The translations under genes were made by a program, and so were the position numbers. This document shows positions 22,280 through 31,877 of a stretch of 57,280 bases of DNA, piece after piece. The notes beneath the pieces are model-generated. The model did no database searches and was not told the DNA's origin. It was given only the letters and a program-made list of their open reading frames with translations. The DNA lies in the sequence record DRR378314_1639; one strand, given 5' to 3'. The first letter of the stretch is position 1. Every line of letters starts with the position of its first letter.

Positions 22280-23361
22280 TCAGGCCAACTGCCTGACTCG
22301 TTCGGACGGATAAGTGCTACGGAATACCAATAGTAACGAGACTCTGATGCGCTGGGTGCCGTGCAATTGACGCGTGAGCGCCCAATGTTAATGTCCTTTT
22401 CAAGCGTCACACTAAACTGAGTATCGCTTTCCCATTCAGGTTTTAAGACTGAACCTCCGGCAAAGCATTGCAGCGCATCGGTACGCATATCGTTTAGTGT
22501 ATCGCCCGCTTCCAGCGTTACGCTAATCGTTGGGCGCTTATTTTCATGTGCGACTAAAGGCTCTTCCGGTTGGTAAGCACTTACCGGCATGGCTTTCGAA
22601 TTCAACTTGGCTTTCAGCGTATTTAAGTTCGCGTAGATACCAGACGCAGGAAAACGCGTAATAACAGTATCCTCACTCCACTTAGACCATGGGCCTGAAT
22701 GCTGAGCAAAGGCCAGAAAGCCCCATTCATCCAGTAAAGCTCGCAACTCGTTGTTGTACTCACCGTAAGGATAGGCAAAATACTTCTGCTGTTCGCCTAA
22801 GTTCTCATCAATGGCTTCTTGTGCGGTAATAACATCGTAATGCATACGTTCGCGCCATTCTTCACCACTCTCACCTTCCTGCTTGCGAATAAGGTGTGCG
22901 TGAGTCTGCCCGTGGTTAGCAATAGTCGCCCCGTTCTGCTGAATTTCTTTAAGCTCTTCCCAGCCCATGTAATGGCCGCTGTGCTTACGCAAGAGCTCAG
23001 GGTTAACGAACACCGTATAGGGCATTTCAAACTCTTCCAGAACCTTTACAGCGTTTTCATAGACGTTTTGGTAGCCGTCGTCGAAGGTTATAACAACGGC
23101 TTTTTCGGGAAGCTCTTCGCCTTTTTCAATGGCATCACGAGCGTCAGTAATATCAATAACGTTAAAGTTGTGCTCCTGCAGGTATTGCAGATGCTCACGA
23201 AAAGTCTCCGGGTCAATAGAGGTAACAGCCGGAGTTGAGTCACTCACATGGTGATACTGCAGCACCACCACACTGTCGGCGCTGCCTGCCTGAGCTAATG
23301 GTGAGCACCCCAGCAATAACCCCGACGCGGCACTCAACGTCATTTTGTTCAACATCTTCAT
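22276..23361 (-). CDS. Exported polysaccharide deacetylase (CE4/NodB domain)
   Basis: Signal peptide, LQYHHV, ITFDDG, NHGQTH and FAYPYG. Confidence 0.9.
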   Translation of the reverse strand: MKMLNKMTLSAASGLLLGCSPLAQAGSADSVVVLQYHHVSDSTPAVTSIDPETFREHLQYLQEHNFNVIDITDARDAIEKGEELPEKAVVITFDDGYQNVYENAVKVLEEFEMPYTVFVNPELLRKHSGHYMGWEELKEIQQNGATIANHGQTHAHLIRKQEGESGEEWRERMHYDVITAQEAIDENLGEQQKYFAYPYGEYNNELRALLDEWGFLAFAQHSGPWSKWSEDTVITRFPASGIYANLNTLKAKLNSKAMPVSAYQPEEPLVAHENKRPTISVTLEAGDTLNDMRTDALQCFAGGSVLKPEWESDTQFSVTLEKDINIGRSRVNCTAPSASESRYYWYSVALIRPNESGSWPD

Positions 23362-23418
23362 ACTGACTCCTGATAAAGTATAAAAGCCGTTTTTAACCGA
23401 GTTTACTTAAGGATAGTT

Positions 23419-24741
23419 ATGCACAAGCTGTTTGGATTCTCATTGTCTGATCACAGCCGCGTTTTTGCGATTGCCCTGCCAATGATTATTTCCAATATTG
23501 CTGCGCCCCTTCTCGGTCTGGTCGATACTGCCATCATAGGTCATTTGCCGGACGCTATCTACTTGTCGGCTGTTGCCGTTGGTGCCATGGTGGTCAGTTT
23601 TATCTATCTGCTGGCGGTGTTTCTGCGCATGGCCACAACCGGTTACATAGCTCAGTCATACGGTGCCGATGACATTCATGCTCAGCGCCAGCACTTTAAT
23701 AACGGCATTATTATTGCGCTGGGTTTAGGTGTTTTAATAGCGGTTGCCAGCCCTTTAATTAATGACTTAGCCATGTGGGTTATCGCCCCTTCTGCCGAGC
23801 TCGAAGGCTACGCCCGCGATTACATCGAAATACGCCTATGGTCTGCACCGGCTTCGCTGATAACGCTGGTCGCTCTGGGGGTATTATTAGGCCGACAAAA
23901 CAGCCGCAAAGCCATGCTTCTGGTGATAATCACCAACGCCGTGAATGTGGTGATGGATGTGATACTCATTCTCGGCTTTGGACTGAATGTAAAAGGTGCC
24001 GCCTGGGCGTCGCTTAGTGCTGAGTGGGTGACCGCTATTGTCGGCTTCTACTGGACCGCCCGCGCGCTGGGCTGGCACTTACGCCACTGGCAGCTGAAGT
24101 TTCAGCAGCTGCGTCAGTTTTTAGGCGTTAACGGTAATATTTTTATACGCAGTCTGATACTGCAGCTCTGTATGGCAACCATGACCGGCTACGCCACTCG
24201 CTACGGCAGTACCATGGTGGCGGTTAACGCCGTACTAATGCAATTTCTTATGTTGATATCGCTGGGCTTAGACGGCATTGCTTATTCTGTGGAAGCTTTA
24301 GCTGGCGAAGCTAAAGGTCAGAAGCGCTACGATAAAATCCGTTACTGGTGCAAAATTACTTTGCTCTGGTCATCACTCTTTGCTGTGGTTTATACGTTGG
24401 TTTTTGCCCTGGCCGGCAGTGCAATTATTCGCCTTATTACCGATATTCCTGAAATTATCCGGGTTGCCGAAAACTACCTGCCATGGATAGTGGTGTTGCC
24501 ACTCATTGCTCACTGGAGCTATTGGTTTGACGGTGTTTTCATTGGTTTATCGTTCAGCCGTGGTATGCGTAATACGATGATCTTAAGCGCTTTAATTGGC
24601 TTTCTGCCTTTATGGTGGGCGGGATTGCCGCTGGAGAACCACGGTCTGTGGTTAGCTCTCAGCGGCTTTTTATTCATGCGTGGTATTACCCAGGCAATTT
24701 GGCTTAAATACTTTAGTTCGCCAGGCCATCCATCAGGATAA
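23419..24741 (+). CDS. dinF: MATE efflux protein, DinF family
   Basis: IALPMIISNIAAPLLGLVDTAIIGHL, FLRMATTG and LDGIAY; about 12 TM helices. Confidence 0.9.
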   Translation: MHKLFGFSLSDHSRVFAIALPMIISNIAAPLLGLVDTAIIGHLPDAIYLSAVAVGAMVVSFIYLLAVFLRMATTGYIAQSYGADDIHAQRQHFNNGIIIALGLGVLIAVASPLINDLAMWVIAPSAELEGYARDYIEIRLWSAPASLITLVALGVLLGRQNSRKAMLLVIITNAVNVVMDVILILGFGLNVKGAAWASLSAEWVTAIVGFYWTARALGWHLRHWQLKFQQLRQFLGVNGNIFIRSLILQLCMATMTGYATRYGSTMVAVNAVLMQFLMLISLGLDGIAYSVEALAGEAKGQKRYDKIRYWCKITLLWSSLFAVVYTLVFALAGSAIIRLITDIPEIIRVAENYLPWIVVLPLIAHWSYWFDGVFIGLSFSRGMRNTMILSALIGFLPLWWAGLPLENHGLWLALSGFLFMRGITQAIWLKYFSSPGHPSG

Positions 24742-26098
24742 GCTGCGGAGGTAAGCCGCCACTGGTTGCATCAACGGCAACTGCCGTGTAGATACCACCA
24801 CCCTCTAAAGTCAGAACCGGCGTCTGGATAGCAATGTCCTGCGTGCCTGTTGCGGTTACAGTAACCACGTAGTCACCCGGAGTTAACGAAACGTTGCCGG
24901 TGCTCACCAGGCCTTCTGCGTCAAACGCAATATCGGTAAAAGCAGCGTCTGCGCCGCTAATATCATCGGTTTCTGTAACGTAGATATCAACATTACCGGC
25001 ACTTGGCGCTGCGTGAACCAACTGTATTTTGGCTGCAGTCGCCACGCTGCGACGCTCTTCAGTCAACACTTGCAGACCAATAGTACTCAGTTCACCGACA
25101 GCATAAACTGAATAACTCATTGCGTTTTCCACTTCCAGAGGCAGGTCCTCAAGCACTACGGGAGAACCTCCGGCAGCGGCAACATCAACACTGTATTCAG
25201 CGGCTTCCAGATTTAAGTAGTCTGTTGCACTTAAAAATGCCAGGTCAGCAATTTGAGGATCCGCAGCATCATTTAATGTCACATCAACATTCGGTGCATC
25301 AGCTACGGCGTGCACGACGCGAACATCCGCACCAGCGTCTGCATCATTGATTAAGGTGGTTGTTTCACCGTCGCTCACTTGCAGAGTAACGGGTGAATTC
25401 GCAGAATTAGCAGCAACATTATTGGTTGCGGCAATAATATAATCACCACCGTCAGCCAGGCTCACGGTTCCTGAGTCGTAAATTACTGCATCGTCACCCG
25501 CACCGGTTAAACGAATGCGGTAGTCACCGGTTTCCACATCAACCTGACCACTGTCTTCGCCGTAAGCAAGCGTTAAAGTAGCTGAGGCACTGCTTAACTC
25601 AGCGTCCGGAGTTGTCAAATACACATCAACAGTCGGCGCACCATACGCAACATGTACCACCTGAATACGGCTTTCACCTGCCGCAACATCCGATACAGGG
25701 TTAGAAAGAACCAATGGCTCTAAAGACTCGTCACCCAGCTGACCGGCAGCAAAAACTTCGTAGCGAGTATCAGCAGCAAAAGTTAAGGACGCCGGACCAA
25801 TAGCATCAACAGTACTTTCATCGGGTAAAATACCCTGAACCGTAATGTCATAGTCACCGGCATCAACTTCCAGAACGCCGGAAGATGTATGGTAAGGCAC
25901 ATTTTCTAATAATGCGGTTTCACCTGCTAAAACATTAACGTTGGGTGAATCGGCAGAGGTGTGGTGTACCCGTACAAAGCTTGATTCAGCTTCAGGAGGT
26001 GGTGTGTTAGTATCGTCATTGTCACTGTCGAACCAGTCACAACCTGTGATGAGAAAAAGCGATGTCGCTATGACACCCAGTTTTTTGATCCCTTGCAT
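24713..26098 (-). CDS. DUF4397-like acidic lipoprotein with four internal repeats
   Basis: LITGC lipobox; four repeats of the form (V/I)(R/Q)xxH...P/GxVD/N(V/I). Confidence 0.8.
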   Translation of the reverse strand: MQGIKKLGVIATSLFLITGCDWFDSDNDDTNTPPPEAESSFVRVHHTSADSPNVNVLAGETALLENVPYHTSSGVLEVDAGDYDITVQGILPDESTVDAIGPASLTFAADTRYEVFAAGQLGDESLEPLVLSNPVSDVAAGESRIQVVHVAYGAPTVDVYLTTPDAELSSASATLTLAYGEDSGQVDVETGDYRIRLTGAGDDAVIYDSGTVSLADGGDYIIAATNNVAANSANSPVTLQVSDGETTTLINDADAGADVRVVHAVADAPNVDVTLNDAADPQIADLAFLSATDYLNLEAAEYSVDVAAAGGSPVVLEDLPLEVENAMSYSVYAVGELSTIGLQVLTEERRSVATAAKIQLVHAAPSAGNVDIYVTETDDISGADAAFTDIAFDAEGLVSTGNVSLTPGDYVVTVTATGTQDIAIQTPVLTLEGGGIYTAVAVDATSGGLPPQLILMDGLAN

Positions 26099-26131
26099 AA
26101 TTTAAATCCTCGTATTGATTAGGCAAATATC

Positions 26132-26165
26132 GTTACGAGCATTATTTGTGCAAGGGATCACATTT
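26132..26165 (-). promoter_or_regulatory. Overlapping CRP-like box and ECF (RpoE-ChrR type) promoter candidate for the DUF4397 gene
   Basis: TGTGC-N6-TCACA at 26147-26162 (9/10 to CRP); on the minus strand TGATCC(26160-26155)-N17-CGTAAC(26137-26132). Confidence 0.55.
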
Positions 26166-26213
26166 TTATAACATCAAAAAATCGAAAGATACTAAGTTGT
26201 ATAATCGAAAGGT

Positions 26214-26792
26214 CTAGTAGTAGGAGTGTTCTCCGGGCTCATGATCAGTGATATCACGCACGCCTTTCACTTCTTCCGGGAAACGCTCAAGCAACTCTTT
26301 TTCAATGCCGTTTTTCAGCGTTACGTCAATCATACTGCAACCATTACAGCCACCGCCGAATTGCAGAATAGCAACGCCGTCATCAGTAATTTCCGAAATC
26401 ATTACCTGACCGCCATGGCTAGCCAATTGCGGGTTAATTTCAGCTTGTATAACGTACTCTACCCGCTCAATTAATGGGGCGTCATCGGCAACTTTACGCG
26501 CTTTGGCGTTAGGTGCTTTAAGGGTTAACTGAGAGCCCATTTCCTGCTCTTCAAAATCAATAGCGGCGTCTTCTAAAAAAGGCGCACTGCCTGAATCCAC
26601 TACGGCGTCAAAACCATTAAACGGTAGACGCTCGTCGTCCGGCTCGACCGAATCTGGCGGGCAATAAGAAACACCACACTCTGCGTTTGCCATACCGGGG
26701 TTAACCACAAATACACGAATACACGTGCCATCGGGCTGATCGGCTAATAGCTTCTGAAAGTGGGACTGCGCTGCTTCTGAAATACGAATCAT
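26214..26792 (-). CDS. nfuA: Fe/S biogenesis protein NfuA
   Basis: [29 protein letters not shown] and GGGCNGC. Confidence 0.97.
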   Translation of the reverse strand: MIRISEAAQSHFQKLLADQPDGTCIRVFVVNPGMANAECGVSYCPPDSVEPDDERLPFNGFDAVVDSGSAPFLEDAAIDFEEQEMGSQLTLKAPNAKARKVADDAPLIERVEYVIQAEINPQLASHGGQVMISEITDDGVAILQFGGGCNGCSMIDVTLKNGIEKELLERFPEEVKGVRDITDHEPGEHSYY

Positions 26793-26812
26793 AAATACTG
26801 ACCTCACGGCTT

Positions 26813-26837
26813 ATACCTGAGTAAATTACTAGGGTAT
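26813..26837. promoter_or_regulatory. IscR type-1-like operator upstream of nfuA
   Basis: 25-bp imperfect palindrome ATACCTGAGTAAATTACTAGGGTAT; nfuA is an established IscR target in gammaproteobacteria. Confidence 0.75.
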
Positions 26838-26863
26838 AGTGTAACCGAAACGCCCTGCAGTTT

Positions 26864-27553
26864 CTAGTCGTGCTGGTTATAGACAACCGCCCACGCATCC
26901 ACCGCTCTAGCCCCTTTTTTGTAGAGCGCATCGGCTGCTGCCATCATAGTGGCGCCGGTACTCAGCACGTCGTCCACAACCGCTACCGTACAGCCACTAA
27001 AATCCTGTAAAGCGAGTTGGCTGCCCCGACTGTTCTCCCAGCGTAATGCCTTTGATGCCATATGCTGCATGGGCACGGCCCGTATTTTACGTAACCCGCC
27101 CGCAATGTAAGGTAACTCAAGAGCCACTGACACATGCCGCGCCAGTAACGCAGTCTGGTGGAAGCCTCTTTTACGCCAGGCTTGTTGCGTCATAGGCACC
27201 GCAACAACGCAGTCTGGCAGTGGCTGTTCGCGATAGCAAAGGCGTAAATGAGCCGCTAACTGGTTTGCCAGTAAAGGGGCCAGCTCGGCTTTATAGCGAA
27301 ATTTAAACTGAGCAATAAGCTGTTGTACCTGCGGCTCCCAGCGCAATGCACCGTACCAGTAGCGGCACGGCTTCTGCTCCGCCACTAAATGCTGTTCAAT
27401 ATCGGACAAATGCTGACAACAACGCGGATACCAACGCGGCAGTGCTTCTTCGCAATAAGGGCAAAGGCTTGCAGCGGCCACCTTAGAATAACCGCAACTC
27501 CAGCATGTGCCCAACTCAAAAGCATTGGCGAAACGCTTTAAAAACGCTAGCAT
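26864..27553 (-). CDS. comF: ComF/GntX-family phosphoribosyltransferase-like competence protein
   Basis: N-terminal CxxC..CxxC, KRGFHQ and VVDDVLSTGAT; bioH-comF-nfuA synteny. Confidence 0.88.
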   Translation of the reverse strand: MLAFLKRFANAFELGTCWSCGYSKVAAASLCPYCEEALPRWYPRCCQHLSDIEQHLVAEQKPCRYWYGALRWEPQVQQLIAQFKFRYKAELAPLLANQLAAHLRLCYREQPLPDCVVAVPMTQQAWRKRGFHQTALLARHVSVALELPYIAGGLRKIRAVPMQHMASKALRWENSRGSQLALQDFSGCTVAVVDDVLSTGATMMAAADALYKKGARAVDAWAVVYNQHD

Positions 27554-27589
27554 ACCACCCCTTAATTAATAACTCGGACAGGTAGTATA

Positions 27590-28357
27590 GTGAGCATTTC
27601 GGTAACGTGCTGTGGTACAGGAACCCCTATTGTTGTACTCCATGGCTGGGGAATGAATTCGAACATCTGGCAACCCGTGGTACCGGCATTAAGCGAGCAC
27701 TTTCAGTTGTACTGTATCGACCTGCCCGGCTTTGGCGACTCTGTCTGGTCATCAGAGAATGAGGTGTCGCTGGAGAGTTTTGTTGAACAAATAATGCCAG
27801 CCCTGCCGCCACGCTTTCATTTAATGGGGTGGTCTTTAGGCGGGTTAATTGCGACACAAATTGCGCTGACGCATTCTGACCGGGTTATGTCCCTAACCAC
27901 CGTTGCATCGTCACCGCACTTTGTGGAAAGCAACGACTGGGCGGGCATTAAGCCGACCATTCTGGAGCAGTTTCAACAGCAACTGGACAGCAACTTTAAA
28001 AAGACCATTGAGCGTTTTTTAGCGATTCAGGCCATGGGCAGCGAGGACGCACGCGAACAGGTTAAGCAGGTAAAGCAGCTGATATTTACCAAGCCAATGC
28101 CTGACCAGGGTGTGCTGAAACAGTCCTTAACCATTTTGCAAACCGCAGATTTACGCCAGCAGCTTCCGAACATTGAAGTGCCCGTTAACCGTTTTTACGG
28201 ACGCCTGGACAGCCTGGTTCCGGAGCGCGCTATCAACGATATTTCCGCACTGGCGCCGGAGTCAAAAGCTTTGGTATTTACCAAAAGCGCACACGCCCCG
28301 TTTATTTCAGAGCCGGAGCGCTTTGTAAGTGAATTGCTGAAGGTTGTTGAGAACTAA
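27590..28357 (+). CDS. bioH: Pimeloyl-ACP methyl ester carboxylesterase
   Basis: LHGWGMN, DLPGFG, GWSLGG nucleophile elbow and AHAPFIS. Confidence 0.94.
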   Translation: MSISVTCCGTGTPIVVLHGWGMNSNIWQPVVPALSEHFQLYCIDLPGFGDSVWSSENEVSLESFVEQIMPALPPRFHLMGWSLGGLIATQIALTHSDRVMSLTTVASSPHFVESNDWAGIKPTILEQFQQQLDSNFKKTIERFLAIQAMGSEDAREQVKQVKQLIFTKPMPDQGVLKQSLTILQTADLRQQLPNIEVPVNRFYGRLDSLVPERAINDISALAPESKALVFTKSAHAPFISEPERFVSELLKVVEN

Positions 28358-28372
28358 GAGTTAAAAATCAAA

Positions 28373-29185
28373 CTAGCGCTGGCAATGAGTGCAGTACACG
28401 GTGCTGCGCTGACCCAAGCGAATTTCTTTTAACCGGTTACTGCACACCATGCAAAGCTTCCCCCCACGCCCGTATACCTGAAGTTTTTGAGCGAAATAGC
28501 CCGGGTTACCGTCCACTTGGGTGAAATCTTTTAAGGTAGTGCCGCCCAGCTCTATAGCGCTTGCCAGTGTTTCTTTTATTATCGGTACCAGTTTCTGGTA
28601 GCGCACTTTACTGATTTTCCCGGCCGCCCGTTTCGGGTTGATACCCGCCTTAAACAAGGCTTCGTTCGCGTAAATATTACCGACACCCACCACAACTTTA
28701 TTATCCATAAGAAAGGTTTTCACCGACTGCGAACGCCCGCGTGAGCGCTCAAATAAATAGTCGATATTAAACGCGTCGGTTAACGGTTCCGGGCCAAGCT
28801 GGCTTAGCAGTTCATGCCCGCTTGCATCACTCTCACTATATAGCAAAGCACCAAAACGCCGCGGATCGTTCAAACGCAGGGTTTGCCCGTTATCGAACTC
28901 AATATCAATATGGTCATGTTTGTAGTGAGTTGTTTCAGCCGGAACCACACGCAGCTTACCCGACATACCCAAATGCAGTATCAGGCAGCCATTATCTGTC
29001 TGTAAGAGCAAATATTTTGAGCGGCGGCTGACCGAACGCAAAACATGTCCTTCGACCTGATGCACAGTTTCAGGGACCGGCCAGCGCAGGCGCTTATCGT
29101 GAACCTTAACCGACTTAATTGTGCGGCCTTCAATGTGTGGAGAAATGCCTAAACGGCTGACTTCAACTTCGGGTAACTCTGGCAT
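28373..29185 (-). CDS. mutM: Formamidopyrimidine-DNA glycosylase
   Basis: [21 protein letters not shown] and a C-terminal zinc finger. Confidence 0.98.
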   Translation of the reverse strand: MPELPEVEVSRLGISPHIEGRTIKSVKVHDKRLRWPVPETVHQVEGHVLRSVSRRSKYLLLQTDNGCLILHLGMSGKLRVVPAETTHYKHDHIDIEFDNGQTLRLNDPRRFGALLYSESDASGHELLSQLGPEPLTDAFNIDYLFERSRGRSQSVKTFLMDNKVVVGVGNIYANEALFKAGINPKRAAGKISKVRYQKLVPIIKETLASAIELGGTTLKDFTQVDGNPGYFAQKLQVYGRGGKLCMVCSNRLKEIRLGQRSTVYCTHCQR

Positions 29186-29200
29186 AAACCTAAAACTTCC

Positions 29201-29707
29201 TTAATGACCCAGTAACTGACTGGCAGTAAATTCTATAACACGATAATTCTGTTGCTGATTTGGCAAACGGATCATCAACTCGGGCTCTGCATAAAGCTCA
29301 ATACGTGCTTCTTCGCCTCCGACAAAACCAAAATAGACTTCCGTTATCAAATTTTCAGCTGACTGTTCGGTTGGCGTCATGGTTAATGCCAACCAATTTT
29401 CAGCAACGCTGGCGGCCGCTTTTTCCGATAAGCGACATGGATCCTGGCATTGCCATTGCCTATCATTTAACGCTAGCTTCAGTTGGTCAATTTGTATCGT
29501 TCTCAAGTTTCCGTCATTCGGTATCAAGCCAATGACCTCGCCCGGTTCAGCCTCTTGCGCAATACCGTCGTCCGCTTCCTCTTTGACCGGCGGAGCGACA
29601 TACCAGAACACCACCATGATAATTAATATCACGTAAACCAGAACGTTGTTCCATGCTCTTCGGGTCATGGTCAGTCCAAATATTTTTCGCTTCTCATTCA
29701 CTTTCAT
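29201..29707 (-). CDS. Hypothetical single-TM protein
   Basis: RRAWNNVL followed by a TM helix and an acidic periplasmic domain; co-oriented just upstream of mutM. Confidence 0.7.
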   Translation of the reverse strand: MKVNEKRKIFGLTMTRRAWNNVLVYVILIIMVVFWYVAPPVKEEADDGIAQEAEPGEVIGLIPNDGNLRTIQIDQLKLALNDRQWQCQDPCRLSEKAAASVAENWLALTMTPTEQSAENLITEVYFGFVGGEEARIELYAEPELMIRLPNQQQNYRVIEFTASQLLGH

Positions 29708-29825
29708 GGGCTTGCGCTCTTTGTGCTAAGGTTCGAGTAATTCTTTTGTTGCCGTATTCCTTGTTACTGGAGACAGAATACCCTATATTCTCGCGCGACA
29801 ACAAAATACGGGGCTTTATTGCATT

Positions 29826-30443
29826 ATGGTGCTATCTGATATTATCGACAAAGTTGCCGACCACGGCTACTGCATTATCGATGATTTTCTGCAGCCGCAG
29901 CGTTCGCAGGCTCTGTATCAATATGCTCTGCAATTACCCGCGCAATACTGGAACCTGGCAGGTATAGGCCGCCAGCAAAACCAGACCATTAATACCATGG
30001 TTCGTAACGACCGCATTTACTGGCTAACGTCCGAAGAGCCGCGTCATAAAGACTACCTAAGCATTATGGATGAATTACGCCACGAATTTAACCGCGAGCT
30101 CTTTCTTGGCCTGTTCGATTACGAATGCCACCTGGCGCATTACCCTAAAGGCGCGTTTTATAAAAAACATCTGGATGCGTTTAAAGGCAGAAGCAACCGA
30201 GTGCTCACAACGGTATTTTATCTGAACCCCGAATGGCAGGAAACCGACGGTGGGCAATTGGTTATTTATGGCGACAAGGGACAGGTGCTGGAAACCGTAC
30301 GGCCTAAACAAGGGCGTTTAGTGGTATTTTTAAGCGACCGCTTTGTGCATGAAGTACAACGCTCGGAACGTGACCGCTTCAGCATTACCGGCTGGTTCCG
30401 TATTAATGCCAGCATTTCGGGCATTATTGACCCGCCACGATAA
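29826..30443 (+). CDS. 2OG-Fe(II) oxygenase, prolyl-hydroxylase (EGLN/SM-20)-like
   Basis: RNDRIYW, YKKHLD (HxD), FYLN, HEV and RFSITGW. Confidence 0.88.
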   Translation: MVLSDIIDKVADHGYCIIDDFLQPQRSQALYQYALQLPAQYWNLAGIGRQQNQTINTMVRNDRIYWLTSEEPRHKDYLSIMDELRHEFNRELFLGLFDYECHLAHYPKGAFYKKHLDAFKGRSNRVLTTVFYLNPEWQETDGGQLVIYGDKGQVLETVRPKQGRLVVFLSDRFVHEVQRSERDRFSITGWFRINASISGIIDPPR

Positions 30444-30461
30444 ACTCAAACGCCACCCAAT

Positions 30462-30489
30462 AAAAAACCCAGCCGAAGCTGGGTTTTTT
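30462..30489. terminator. Bidirectional intrinsic terminator
   Basis: AAAAAACCCAGC-CGAA-GCTGGGTTTTTT between the convergent oxygenase and rpmG genes. Confidence 0.92.
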
Positions 30490-30506
30490 GTAAGCTTTGA
30501 AACCAA

Positions 30507-30662
30507 TTACTTGATTTTAGCTTCTTTGAAGATCACGTGCTTACGAACCACTGGATCGAATTTTTTGATCTCCATTTTTTCTGGCATGGTGCGTTTGTTT
30601 TTGTCTGTGGTATAGAAGTAACCTGTACCAGCAGATGACACTAAACGAATCTTATCGCGCAT
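30507..30662 (-). CDS. rpmG: 50S ribosomal protein L33 (below the ORF-track cutoff)
   Basis: Manual translation [51 protein letters not shown]. Confidence 0.97.
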   Translation of the reverse strand: MRDKIRLVSSAGTGYFYTTDKNKRTMPEKMEIKKFDPVVRKHVIFKEAKIK

Positions 30663-30673
30663 AATTTAGTTCC

Positions 30674-30910
30674 TTAAACCTTAACACCACGGCCGCGGAG
30701 ATCCGCTAATACCGTATCGATACCGTTTTTATCAATGATACGCATACCTTTAGTAGAAATGCGTAACTTAACCCAACGCTTCTCGCTTTCTACCCAAAAG
30801 CGGTGCGATTGAAGGTTCGGCAGGAAGCGACGTCTAGTCGCATTGCGTGCGTGCGAGCGGTTGTTACCGACTACCGGACGCTTACCTGTAACTTGGCATA
30901 CTTGTGACAT
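30674..30910 (-). CDS. rpmB: 50S ribosomal protein L28
   Basis: [30 protein letters not shown]; start at ATG 30910. Confidence 0.97.
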   Translation of the reverse strand: MSQVCQVTGKRPVVGNNRSHARNATRRRFLPNLQSHRFWVESEKRWVKLRISTKGMRIIDKNGIDTVLADLRGRGVKV

Positions 30911-31092
30911 GTCTTTACTCCAAAATTGCTGCAAGCTCGCCTGTCGCCCAACGTGACCTTGCCTATAAATCCGAGGGCGCATTTTATACAGCAAACTGCC
31001 CTTCTAATCAAGCTTATACGACGGAAATTTGATCGTCATCGATCGTTCGGTGCGGATTTTACGTGATTTTTAACCAAACCGCCAGTACAAAA

Positions 31093-31767
31093 CTACAACA
31101 ATCCGCGCTCTGCAAAAGAAATTGGATCGCCGGCGCCCACGACGAAATGATCCAACAACGCTACATCAATTAAAGTCAGGGCTTTTTTAACTCGTTCGGT
31201 GACTCGCTGGTCAGCCTGGCTGGGCTCTGCAACACCCGATGGATGATTATGTGCAAGAATAACCGCCGCCGCATTATACTGCATAACCAGCTTTATTACC
31301 TCACGCGGATACACCGGCGCGGCGTTAATGGTGCCCTGAAACAGCTCTTCGTAACGTAGCAGCCGGTGCTGGCTGTCCAGCAGTAAAATAGCAAAGACTT
31401 CGCGGCCCTGATGACGCAGCTGCGAGGTTAAATAGTCTTTGACCATGGTAGGTTCAGTAAAGCCGTCCGAACGCTCCAACTGCCATTTCAGGTAGCGTCG
31501 TGACAATTCCAGCACAACCCGTAACTGATTCACCCGGGCTGGCCCTATGCCATTACAAGCCAACAGCTGCTCAGGAGTAGCTGTCAGCAAGGCGCCTACT
31601 CCGCCAAAGTCGCTTAACAGCCGGCGCGCAAAACTGACCACGTCCTGCCCGCCACTGCCGCTACCAAGTAAAATGGCTAATAATTCTGCGTCACTCAGGT
31701 ATTCTGCTCCCTGAGTCTGCAGTTTTTCTCTGGGTCGTTCTGAAACGGGCCATTCCTTGACGCTCAT
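31093..31767 (-). CDS. radC: RadC/YicR JAB-domain protein
   Basis: ERPREKL, LSDAELLAILL, AHNHPSG and LLDHF; start at ATG 31767. Confidence 0.95.
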   Translation of the reverse strand: MSVKEWPVSERPREKLQTQGAEYLSDAELLAILLGSGSGGQDVVSFARRLLSDFGGVGALLTATPEQLLACNGIGPARVNQLRVVLELSRRYLKWQLERSDGFTEPTMVKDYLTSQLRHQGREVFAILLLDSQHRLLRYEELFQGTINAAPVYPREVIKLVMQYNAAAVILAHNHPSGVAEPSQADQRVTERVKKALTLIDVALLDHFVVGAGDPISFAERGLL

Positions 31768-31775
31768 TATTTTCT

Positions 31776-31799
31776 CCTTAATTCTTACCTTAATTCTTA
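31776..31799. repeat. Perfect 12-bp tandem duplication in the radC/coaBC intergenic region
   Basis: CCTTAATTCTTA at 31776-31787 and again at 31788-31799. Confidence 0.85.
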
Positions 31800-31877
31800 A
31801 GAGAGAAGTATAACGACCATCTACCCAGTTACGGGGTCTCATGTTATCTTTACACGACTTAACACTAAGGGGTTCGC

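Noticed and set aside
31093-31767. radC as an island integration site
   Set aside because: The gene is intact, in the normal rpmB-radC-coaBC synteny, with no integrase.
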